Of a stretch of DNA of 38,366 nucleotides, positions 27,616 through 35,883 are shown one piece after another. The stretch is taken from contig JANMQY010000124.1 in the NCBI GenBank assembly GCA_031370785.1, forward strand, positions 1 to 38,366. The letters are read 5' to 3'. The notes under the pieces were generated by a model. It worked only from the letters and a program-made list of their open reading frames with translations, was not told where the DNA came from and searched no databases. Origin of the DNA: Candidatus Eiseniibacteriota bacterium. Lineage in GTDB: Bacteria; Eisenbacteria; RBG-16-71-46. A program made the position numbers and the translations under genes. Numbering within the stretch: position 1 is the first letter of the stretch; the number at the start of each line of letters is the position of its first letter.

Positions 27616-28988
27616 CGCGTCTCCTCCTCTGCCGCGTTGGGGGGCGCCTCGCCCACGGCTCGATCCAGGTCGGCGCGCGCCAGCTGGAGCGCGGCCAGCG
27701 ATTCGTCGGCTTCGAGGCGCGCGCGTAGCAGGTCGCGGGACGCATTCAGCAGGGCCAGAAAGTCCGAGCGATTCGCCTCGTATCCGGCGCGGGTCGCGGC
27801 CAGTGCACGCTCGGCGAGCGGCACCAGCCGTTCGCGCGTGATGGCCACGTCGTGCGCCTGCTCGTGAAAGCGGGCGACGGCGTCGGCGACCTCGAGCGCG
27901 ACACGGTCGCGAACGACGGCGCGCTCGGCCTCGCGCCTCGCGAGACGCGCCCGCGCCGCCTCGGCCGCGCTGTTCAGCCGGGTGAACTGGATGGGGAGGC
28001 TGAGCGCCAGACCAACGCTCGGGCGCATCGCCACATCGCTCCACATGCGGTCGTAGCCGGCGCTCACGCTGGTCTCGGGCAGACGCGCCCGGCGCGCGCC
28101 AGCGACGCCGGCTTCGCCCGCTCCCACGCGAGCATCCGCCGCCCTCAGCTCGGATCGTTGCGCGCGGGCCCGCGCCTGCAGGTCCCCGTGCATCGCGCTG
28201 GTGTCGGGCAGCGCCAGCTCGGCAGGCGGCGGCAACGCGGTCTCAGGCGGCTGGTGCATGAGCACGTTGAGCTGCGCCACCGCGACCCGGCGCTCGCGCT
28301 CGAGCATTACGGCCACATGGTCTCGCATCGCCAGCTCGACGTCGGCCTGCAGCGGGTCCTGCTGTCCGACAAGACCCGCCGCGTACTTGGCGAGCGCCAC
28401 CGATCGGAACTGGGAGAGCAGTCCGGCCAGTTCGCGATTGGCCTCGACCGCGCGCGTCACGCGCCAGTAGTCGACGTAGGTCATGCGCGCTTGGCGCACC
28501 AGATCGAGTCGAAGCGCACCCAGGTCATAGCCCATGGCATCGCGCTCGCGCTCGGCCTCGCGGCGCTGCGGCCCGCGCTGCCCGAACAGCGCCAGGGGCT
28601 GCGTGATGCCAATACGATAGCCGGCCTCCACGTCGCTTCGCCCGATCGTCCGGGGCGCGACCATCAGGTCGAGCATCGGGTCCGCCAGCACGCCGCTCGC
28701 GCGCGCTTCTGCCTTCGCTTCTCGCCATGCGGCACGCGCAGCCTCGAGCGAGGGATTGCGCTCGAGCACCCTCGCCAGCACGGCCTCGAGCGCGAGCGTC
28801 GATTCCGCGCCTGGCGTGCCGACGATGGCCGCGCCGGTTGCGTCGGCAGCGGCCGCGTGCGTCGTGACTACCGCGCGCGCAGCGCCGGCGTATGCCGCGC
28901 TCGTGACCAGCGCGACGACGAGCACCGATCGCATCATTCCGCGCCGCGAGCGGCGCGCGGTGCCAACGTTTCGCCCAATGGGCGTCAT
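27612..28988 (-). CDS. TolC family outer-membrane efflux protein (module 3)
   Basis: ERNPSL, LADPML, KYAAG...QQD.LQA, GYEANRSDFL.LL; GGAGGA SD 6 nt before the ATG. Confidence 0.92.
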   Translation of the reverse strand: MTPIGRNVGTARRSRRGMMRSVLVVALVTSAAYAGAARAVVTTHAAAADATGAAIVGTPGAESTLALEAVLARVLERNPSLEAARAAWREAKAEARASGVLADPMLDLMVAPRTIGRSDVEAGYRIGITQPLALFGQRGPQRREAERERDAMGYDLGALRLDLVRQARMTYVDYWRVTRAVEANRELAGLLSQFRSVALAKYAAGLVGQQDPLQADVELAMRDHVAVMLERERRVAVAQLNVLMHQPPETALPPPAELALPDTSAMHGDLQARARAQRSELRAADARVGAGEAGVAGARRARLPETSVSAGYDRMWSDVAMRPSVGLALSLPIQFTRLNSAAEAARARLARREAERAVVRDRVALEVADAVARFHEQAHDVAITRERLVPLAERALAATRAGYEANRSDFLALLNASRDLLRARLEADESLAALQLARADLDRAVGEAPPNAAEEETR

Positions 28989-28992
28989 GAGA

Positions 28993-29089
28993 CTTCCTCC
29001 GGGTTGAGCCGTACCCGCGCATCGGGCAGGACACAGACGAATTCACGCCCCGGCGCATGGCGCGCTCGAAGGCGTGGAACCGAAGGAAG
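28993..29089 (-). promoter_or_regulatory. SD-sequestering stem between leader 3 and OMF gene
   Basis: mRNA CUUCCUUCGG (29089-29080) pairs with CCGGAGGAAG (29002-28993): 10 bp including one G-U, covering the whole SD. Confidence 0.75.
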
Positions 29090-29092
29090 GGT

Positions 29093-29533
29093 CTAGAGTC
29101 TGAGGATGGTGGTGCCGATCGCGGCGAGCGCGAGCGGTGGACTGGAAGTAGCCGCGACGGGCGTCGCGCAGAGAACTTCGGAGGTAGGACTGACCGCGAG
29201 AGCCGGCAGAACGACGAGCGCGGTCATGTGACGCGCATCGTCTCGCCCGGCATCAACCGAAGCGGATTGCGGAAGCGCAGCGGTGGGCGCTGTGGCGCTC
29301 ACGCGACAGCAAGGGCGCGCGGCAGGAGTAGCGGCAGGTCGCGTCGCCCGGTCGCAACCCTGGCAAGCGACCCGCCCGTGCACGGCATCACGCCTGCAAT
29401 CGATGCGCGGGGCGCCGGCGGCCGGTCCGCTCTGCACCACGGCCCACAACGAAAGCAGCACGCCGGTTGCGCGAAGGACGCGCGCCGGGCGCTTGCGACC
29501 GAGCCAGCTCTGGATCGAAGTGTGGAAGTTCAT
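29093..29533 (-). CDS. Small exported Cys-rich leader protein 3 (146 aa, ends TILRL)
   Basis: Basic N-terminus plus hydrophobic segment ending PAAGA; C...CQGC...CC; Pro/Ala-rich tail SSPPLALAAIGTTILRL; first gene of the cus operon. Confidence 0.78.
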   Translation of the reverse strand: MNFHTSIQSWLGRKRPARVLRATGVLLSLWAVVQSGPAAGAPRIDCRRDAVHGRVACQGCDRATRPAATPAARPCCRVSATAPTAALPQSASVDAGRDDARHMTALVVLPALAVSPTSEVLCATPVAATSSPPLALAAIGTTILRL

Positions 29534-29717
29534 GAGGGACTCATAGTGGGTCCGACTACGAAATCACATAGGTAGTATCGGAGCTCCGGCCGGCCCATGC
29601 ATCAAGCTCGTGTGAAGCTTCGGTCATAAGTAGCATTCGAGCGGCCCCCGCCCGGCCCGCGCTGCCAGGGCGGCGCGAGCCGAATCGAGCCCCCCAAGTT
29701 GCGAGGAGCCGCGAGCT

Positions 29718-31070
29718 TCAGGCCGACTTGGCCGCCGCCAGATCGATCGCGCGTCCCAGCACTTCGAGACACTCGTCTACCTCGGCCTCGGTGATGTCGA
29801 GCGGCGGGCGGAAGCGCAGGCTGCGCGTGCCGCACGGCAGGATGATGAGCCCGAGCTCGAATGCATGGTTCGCCGCGGCGTCTCGCGTCGCGCCGTCCGG
29901 CAGATCGATCGCGCACATCAGGCCGCGGCCGCGCGCGGCGCTGAGCACTTCGGGGCGCCGCGCCTGCATGCGCTCGAGCGCGCTCTTCAGGTGCGCGCCG
30001 ACCCTGGCCGCGTTCTCGACCAGCTTCTCTTCGGCCATGATCTCGAGGTAGCGCTGGCAGCGCACCATGTCGACGAGGTTGCCGCCCCACGTCGAGTTGA
30101 GGCGGCTCGAGGTGCGGAACACGTTGTCGGGCTCGCGCTCGATCATCGCGCCGCCGCCCATCATGCCGCACACCTGCGTCTTCTTGCCGAACGCGAGAAG
30201 GTCGGGACGGATGTCGTCGTGCTGGTGCGCCCACATGCGGCCGGTCAGACCCATGCCGGTCTGCACTTCGTCGAAGATCAGCAGCGACTCGTTCTCGTGC
30301 GCCAGATCGCGCAGCGCGCGCAGGAACTCGGGACGGAAATGATTGTCGCCGCCCTCGGCCTGGATCGGCTCGATCAGGATGCAGGCGATGTCGTCCTTGC
30401 GCTCGCGGTAGGCGGCCTTGATCGCATCGAGCGCGAGCTTCTCGCTCTGCCTGACGCGCTCGATCTCGGCGGCATCCACCGGGAAACGCAGCCTGGGGTT
30501 CGGAATTCGCGGCCAGTCGAAGTGCGGGAAGTACTGGTACTTCCTCGGATCGGCGGTGTTGGTCAGCGAGAGGGTGTAGCCCGAGCGGCCGTGGAACGAC
30601 TCGGTGAAGTGCACGACCTGGTGCCCCTTCTCCGTGGTGTGGCCCTTGCGAAAGTTCTGGCGCACCTTCCAGTCGAAGGCCGCCTTGAGCGCATTCTCGA
30701 CGCCGAGCGAGCCGCCGGCGACCAGGAACAGGTGCGGCAGGTACTCGGGCATCGCGATGCGGCCGAAGGTGTCCACGAACTCGGCCATCTCGACCGTGTA
30801 GATGTCGGAGTTGGTCGGATTGACGAGCGCCGCGCGAGTCAGCTTCTCGAGGAACTCCTTGTCGCGCATCTTCGGGTGATTGATCCCGACCGGCAGCGTC
30901 GCGAAGAACGAGAACAGGTCCAGGTACCAGCGATCCCCGCGCGAATCGTAGAACTTGCGGCCCTTGCTCTTCTCGAGATCGAGCACGATGTCGTAGCCGT
31001 CCACCAGCATGTGGCGGCCGAGCACCGCATGGACATCGCCCGGAGTGATGCGCGGAGTGCGCGGGGTCAT
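29718..31070 (-). CDS. lat: L-lysine 6-transaminase (class III PLP aminotransferase)
   Basis: HMLVDG..IVLDL, YLDLFSFFA, ENALKAAFDWK, FHGRSGYTLSLTNT, EPIQAEGGD, FDEVQTG, AFGKK and SSRLNSTWGG; ATGA overlap with the lrp-like gene. Confidence 0.93.
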   Translation of the reverse strand: MTPRTPRITPGDVHAVLGRHMLVDGYDIVLDLEKSKGRKFYDSRGDRWYLDLFSFFATLPVGINHPKMRDKEFLEKLTRAALVNPTNSDIYTVEMAEFVDTFGRIAMPEYLPHLFLVAGGSLGVENALKAAFDWKVRQNFRKGHTTEKGHQVVHFTESFHGRSGYTLSLTNTADPRKYQYFPHFDWPRIPNPRLRFPVDAAEIERVRQSEKLALDAIKAAYRERKDDIACILIEPIQAEGGDNHFRPEFLRALRDLAHENESLLIFDEVQTGMGLTGRMWAHQHDDIRPDLLAFGKKTQVCGMMGGGAMIEREPDNVFRTSSRLNSTWGGNLVDMVRCQRYLEIMAEEKLVENAARVGAHLKSALERMQARRPEVLSAARGRGLMCAIDLPDGATRDAAANHAFELGLIILPCGTRSLRFRPPLDITEAEVDECLEVLGRAIDLAAAKSA

Positions 31071-31564
31071 GACGTCTCTCCTTTCACACCGGTCGAGATG
31101 TAGCTCTCTTCTTTTGCCGTCGAGAGCGCCATGATGGTGCGGGTCTGGCGCACGCCCTCCATGGAATTGAGCTGGTGGAGCAGCAGCTCCTTCAAGCCCT
31201 CCATGTCGCGCGCGCGCACCTTGAGCAGCAGCGAGAACTCGCCGGTGATGTGATGGCACTCCTGCACTTCGTCCAGCGACAGCACGCGCTCGAGGAACGG
31301 CTTCTCGAAGCGCGGATGCTCGATGAACACCTCGACGAACGCGGTGACCGTGATCCCGAGGGCCCGCGGATCCACCTGCGCGGTGAAGCGCCGGATCACG
31401 CCCGAGTGGTCGAGCTTGCGCAGGCGCTCATTGACCGCCGCGGTCGAAAGCCCGACGCGCTTCGCAATCTCGGCCTGCGAGAGCTTCGCGTCCTTCTGCA
31501 CCAGCGCCAGGATGTGCCGATCCCGGGCGTCGAGGTCCTGATAACTGTTCGTTCGAATAACCAT
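31067..31564 (-). CDS. Lrp/AsnC family transcriptional regulator
   Basis: LDARDRHIL..VQKDAKLS..EIA..VGLS...V.ERLRKL...GVI; ECHHITGE; TRT. Confidence 0.95.
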   Translation of the reverse strand: MVIRTNSYQDLDARDRHILALVQKDAKLSQAEIAKRVGLSTAAVNERLRKLDHSGVIRRFTAQVDPRALGITVTAFVEVFIEHPRFEKPFLERVLSLDEVQECHHITGEFSLLLKVRARDMEGLKELLLHQLNSMEGVRQTRTIMALSTAKEESYISTGVKGETS

Positions 31565-31570
31565 GGCACA

Positions 31571-31599
31571 AGTATATGTTCGGCCAATCTAATTAGCAA
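31571..31599 (-). promoter_or_regulatory. Sigma70-like promoter of lrp-lat (leaderless)
   Basis: TTGCTA (31599-31594), 17 nt, TATACT (31576-31571), 6 nt, then ATG, in an AT-rich patch. Confidence 0.7.
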
Positions 31600-31639
31600 C
31601 TGAACTTTTTATCGCGTCGGCTGTGTCAGGCCGGTGAAT

Positions 31640-32362
31640 TCAGGCGCCAGCCGCAATCTCCCGCCCCCATTTCAGTAGCGGGGTGGGGTCGGTGACGCTC
31701 TCGAGGAGCAGATCGGGCGCGTGCGGGGCCAGGTCCGTGAGCTTGTGCCTGCCGGTGGCGACCGCGACCACTCGAGCTCCGGCGGCGCGGGCGCAGGTGA
31801 TGTCGTTCTCGGTGTCGCCGACCACGACGCAGCGCCTGGGCGGCACGCCGTAGCGCTCGGCGGCGCGAGCGACCGCGATCCGCGCGAGGCCATCGCGATC
31901 CGCGGCCTCCTCGCCGAAGGTGCCGAAGGCGAAGCGCTGGCGCAGGCCGAAGCGGTCGAGCTTGATCCCGGCCATCTCGGTCATGTTGCCGGTCAATAGC
32001 CCGAGCACCCAGCCGGGCTCGCGATCGATGCTCTCGAGCAGCTCCGGAATGCCGGCAAGCATGTAGCCGCGCGGCGGCACCAGCAGCGCCCGCATGCGCT
32101 CCAACGCCACGCGCCAGAACTCTGCCTCCTCGGCGCCAGTCATGCGGGCGCCGTGGGCAACGAGAATGTCGGCGAGGATCAGGGGCTCGGTTCGGCCGTC
32201 GAAGCGGATGCTCTTGAGGTCGTTTTCGACCCCGAGATGCTCGCGAAGAGCCCACGAAAACGCCTCGCGGCTCGCTCCCTCGGTCAGGAGCAGCGTGCCG
32301 TCCACGTCGAAAAGCCACACCAGCCGCACTGAATGGACACCGTGGGATCTGGGCTCGGACAT
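31640..32362 (-). CDS. HAD superfamily hydrolase (phosphoglycolate phosphatase-like)
   Basis: FDVDGTLL, LLTGN, K, VVGDT.ND and VAVATG motifs. Confidence 0.92.
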   Translation of the reverse strand: MSEPRSHGVHSVRLVWLFDVDGTLLLTEGASREAFSWALREHLGVENDLKSIRFDGRTEPLILADILVAHGARMTGAEEAEFWRVALERMRALLVPPRGYMLAGIPELLESIDREPGWVLGLLTGNMTEMAGIKLDRFGLRQRFAFGTFGEEAADRDGLARIAVARAAERYGVPPRRCVVVGDTENDITCARAAGARVVAVATGRHKLTDLAPHAPDLLLESVTDPTPLLKWGREIAAGA

Positions 32363-32417
32363 GGGCGAGGCATGCTAGCATAGGGGGCGCTCTCCACCCT
32401 CCCATTCGAGGACCCCA

Positions 32418-33596
32418 GTGATCCGACGACTGTCCTGCGCGTATCTGGCTGCCTGGATGCTGGTCGCCGCGCCCGCCCATGGCGCCACCGCGACGCCCGC
32501 CGCCTCCTCGCCGATCCGCGCCCGGCTGGAGTGCACCACGCCGCGAGTCGAAGCCACAGACGACTTCATCTGGAACGTGCCGTTCGCGCTCGCCAACTAC
32601 AGCGATCGCGGCATCTACTCGGACAGCATGACCTGCGAGATCGAGGATCTGGACCCGGGCCTCACCCACGCGCCGCGCATTTCGCGGGCGGTGACCACCA
32701 TGGGCCGGATCGCCTCATCCTTGAGCGCGGGCGACAGCACGGTCTTCCAGGTCCAGGTCCGCGCCACCTGCGAACACGCGCGCCTCTCCTGCCGGCTATA
32801 CGTTCGCGACGGCGAGCACAACACCGCGACGTTCGATGCTGCGACCGAGACCGACCCCGCACCTATCGCGGTGGCCCACCCGTCGCAGTTCCTCAAAGGG
32901 CCTTCGGGCCAGGTCGAATTCGTGAGCTTCGCCGCTCCGGCCGAATCGCTGAACGCGGCGGGAATCCTGCTGATCCACGACGATGGCCAGCACGCGCGCT
33001 CGATGCTCCCAGTCGCCGCGCTGCTGCAGAATCGTGCCTATGCCGTCTTAGCGGTGAGCGTGCCGGGCTACGGCCGCTCCGGCGGTTTCCCGGATTTCGC
33101 GGGGCCGCGCACGGTGGAGGCCGTTGCCCTTGCATTCGAGGCACTCGAGAAGACGCCAGGGGTAGGCAAGTCGCGCATCGCGGTGTGGGGCATCGGACGC
33201 GGCGCGACCGCTGCGGCGCTGCTCGCCGCGCGCCAGCACGAAGTGCGCGCGCTGATCCTCCAATCGGGCGGCTACGATCTTCCCGCGGTCGCGCGCGGCA
33301 CGCAGGATCGCGCGTACGCGGCGTCTCTCGCCGCTGAAGTCGGCGCGGACAGCGCCGCGTGGCGCGATCGCTCGCCGGCACTTGCGGCGGGACGCATTCA
33401 TTCCGCGGTGCTGCTGATTCACGGCGACCAGGATCGGCGCATGCCGGCAGCTCAGGCCCGCGCGTTCGCCGCCGATCTCAAGGCGCGCGGCGTCGATGTC
33501 GAATCGCGCTTCCTGCCCGCCGCGGGCGCAACTGTGTCACCTTTCGAAGTCCGGCGTGCGACTCTCGACTTTCTGCGCCTGCATCTCGCACCCTAG
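32418..33596 (+). CDS. Secreted alpha/beta-hydrolase-fold (S9 peptidase-like) protein, catalytic residues apparently lost
   Basis: AHG/A signal peptide; PGYGRSGG.PDFAGP, RIAVWGIGRGA, SG.YD and LLIHGDQD; GTG start with GAGGA SD. Confidence 0.82.
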   Translation: MIRRLSCAYLAAWMLVAAPAHGATATPAASSPIRARLECTTPRVEATDDFIWNVPFALANYSDRGIYSDSMTCEIEDLDPGLTHAPRISRAVTTMGRIASSLSAGDSTVFQVQVRATCEHARLSCRLYVRDGEHNTATFDAATETDPAPIAVAHPSQFLKGPSGQVEFVSFAAPAESLNAAGILLIHDDGQHARSMLPVAALLQNRAYAVLAVSVPGYGRSGGFPDFAGPRTVEAVALAFEALEKTPGVGKSRIAVWGIGRGATAAALLAARQHEVRALILQSGGYDLPAVARGTQDRAYAASLAAEVGADSAAWRDRSPALAAGRIHSAVLLIHGDQDRRMPAAQARAFAADLKARGVDVESRFLPAAGATVSPFEVRRATLDFLRLHLAP

Positions 33597-33688
33597 GAGT
33601 CCCGGCCGCGGCGCGTGATAGGATCGCGCGCGCCACAGCATTCCTGACCCGAGGACAACGCGATGCGAAGCACGGAGCTGCCGCGCCC

Positions 33689-35563
33689 GTGAGCGGACTC
33701 GCCTGGAAGCTGCGCCGGCTGCGCGCGATGACCGCGCCCGAGATCCTGCATCGCGCGCGCATCGCGGGCCGCGACCGGCTCGCGCCGCCCTCCTACGAAC
33801 GCCGCACTCCCGCCGAAGCCTTTCGCCAGCTGTTCGCGGGCAAGCCGGACGAAGTCCTCGCCTCGAGCCGGCTCGCCGCGCTCATGCACAGGCCTTCGCC
33901 CAAGTCGTCGCGCAGGGCGTTCGCTGCCGAGATCGCGGCCGCCGATGGGCTCATGCGCGGCGAGTGGAGCGTGTTCGGGCGCCCGGTTCCCATCGCCGAT
34001 CCGCCGCGCTGGAACGCGCACCCGCTCACCGGCACCGAATGGCCGGATGCGCCGAGCCGCGCGCTCGACTACCGGCGCATCGATATCGCCGGCGGCGCGC
34101 GTTACGTGTGGGAGACGGGCCGGCTCACCACGCTCCCGACCCTCGCGCTCGCGGCGCGGGTCACGGGCGAGGCGCCCTACGCCGAGCGCACGATCCGCTG
34201 GCTCGACGACTTCGTCGCGCGCAATCCGCTCGGGCGCGGCATTCATCACACCAGCGGGATCGAGATGGCAATCCGCGTGATAAACGTCACCTGGACGCTG
34301 GCGCTGCTCGGCAAGCATGCGCCGGATGTGGCGCTCGAGCCGTGCCTCGGGCTGCTCGCGCAGCAGGCGCTCCACTGCAGAGACCACCTGAGCCTGGGGT
34401 CGAGCGCGAACAACCACCTGATCGCCGAGTACGCGGCGATGACCACGCTCGGCGCGGTCTTCCCCGCCGCGCGCGGCGTTGAAGCGCTGCTCGACCGCGG
34501 TCTTGCAGGGCTCGAGCGCGAGACGCTGCGCCAGTTCGATCCCGACGGAGTCAATCTCGAGCAGTCGTTCGGCTATCTGCCGTTCGTGTGGGAGCTGCTG
34601 CTCTATTCTTTCATCGCAGCCGAGGCGGCGGGGCGCACCGTTCCGCGCGCAGTGCGCGAGCGGCTCGCCAAGTCACTCGAGTTCGCGCGCCTGGTTCGTC
34701 TTCCGGACGGACGCACACCTCAGATCGGCGATGAAGACGATGGCCGATTGATGCTGCTCGCAGAAGATGCGACGCGCCTCGACCTGGTGGGCAATGCGCT
34801 CGCGGCGTGGCTCGGCCGCAACGCGCTCTCGGAGCGCGGCGGTGAGCTCGCGACGTTGCTGTTCGGCACCGCGACCGAGGCGCGCGTGGCGCTGGATGGC
34901 GTGCGCGATACCGCGGGCTACACCGTGTGGCGCGAGCGCGGGCTCCACGTCACGTTTGATCACGGGCCGCTCGGGCTCTTGCCGCTCGCCGCGCACGGCC
35001 ACGCCGATGCGCTCGCTGTGACCATTTTCCGAGGAGACGATGCGATCGTGATCGATCCCGGCACCTTCGCGTACCACGAGGATCCTGCCGGGCGCGCCCG
35101 CTGTCGCTCGACGCCATACCACAGCACCGTGAACTTTGGCGGGCGCAGCCAGGCGGTCATGGCCGGACCATTCCTGTGGGAGTCGCTGCCCGGTGTGCGC
35201 TCCATCACCTCGACGCGCAAAGGCGCGCGCGCTGCCGAATGCCAATGGACCTCGGGCGAGACTCACGAGCGCAGCGTGACCGTCGACAACGGCGAGGTGC
35301 GCATCGAGGACTTCGCGGGCGGCGCCGAACCCGAGATCGTGTTCGTCCTGGGCCCCGGCGCGCGAGCCGAGCTCTCGGGCGCCAGAGCCACGGTCTTCAT
35401 GGGCAACACCCGCGCCGAGTTCGAGACCACGGAGCTCGCCCCGTGGCGCATCGAGCTGAGCGAGTGCGCACCACGCTTCGGGCTAGTGACACCGACGCTG
35501 CGACTGATCACAGCCCTGCGCAGCGACCTGTGCGTCACGACCGTGCGCGTGGGACCGGCGTGA
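33689..35563 (+). CDS. Heparinase II/III-like family protein (alpha/alpha-toroid plus HepII/III C-terminal domain)
   Basis: VWETGRL, NP.GRGI...SGIEMAIR, SSANNHL, DG...EQ..GY, IGDEDDG, AAHGHAD.L, IDPGTF.Y and RST..HSTV. The start is approximate (GTG 33689). Confidence 0.85.
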   Translation: MSGLAWKLRRLRAMTAPEILHRARIAGRDRLAPPSYERRTPAEAFRQLFAGKPDEVLASSRLAALMHRPSPKSSRRAFAAEIAAADGLMRGEWSVFGRPVPIADPPRWNAHPLTGTEWPDAPSRALDYRRIDIAGGARYVWETGRLTTLPTLALAARVTGEAPYAERTIRWLDDFVARNPLGRGIHHTSGIEMAIRVINVTWTLALLGKHAPDVALEPCLGLLAQQALHCRDHLSLGSSANNHLIAEYAAMTTLGAVFPAARGVEALLDRGLAGLERETLRQFDPDGVNLEQSFGYLPFVWELLLYSFIAAEAAGRTVPRAVRERLAKSLEFARLVRLPDGRTPQIGDEDDGRLMLLAEDATRLDLVGNALAAWLGRNALSERGGELATLLFGTATEARVALDGVRDTAGYTVWRERGLHVTFDHGPLGLLPLAAHGHADALAVTIFRGDDAIVIDPGTFAYHEDPAGRARCRSTPYHSTVNFGGRSQAVMAGPFLWESLPGVRSITSTRKGARAAECQWTSGETHERSVTVDNGEVRIEDFAGGAEPEIVFVLGPGARAELSGARATVFMGNTRAEFETTELAPWRIELSECAPRFGLVTPTLRLITALRSDLCVTTVRVGPA

Positions 35564-35880
35564 GGCCGTTCGCGTCTTGGTCTGCTTCAGGGTCAGCTTG
35601 TCCTTGACGCCCTCGAACATCGTTCTGCCCTTGCCGAGAACGATGGGATCGACCACGACCTGGTACTCATCGATCAGACCCGCCTGCGCAATGGTGCCGC
35701 TTCCCATGATCACCATGAGTGGTCCAGTGGCATCCTTCACATCTCGCTTTCGCCTTTCGTGCTGTCTGCGACGAACGCATTCCATTCCGCGTCCTGCTCG
35801 TGCGCCCAGTTCATGTCGCCGTTCACGCTCGAGAAGTAACCATCCAGCCTGACCGAATTGAAAACCGTCAACCTGCGCAT
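35564..35880 (-). pseudogene. Dihydrofolate reductase / RibD C-terminal family remnant
   Basis: MRRLTVFNSVRLDGYFSSVNGDMNWAH...EM* then, in another frame, MVIMGSGTI-AQAGLIDEYQVVVDPIVLGKGRTMFEG. The central part and C-terminus are missing. Confidence 0.8.
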
Positions 35881-35883
35881 GAA

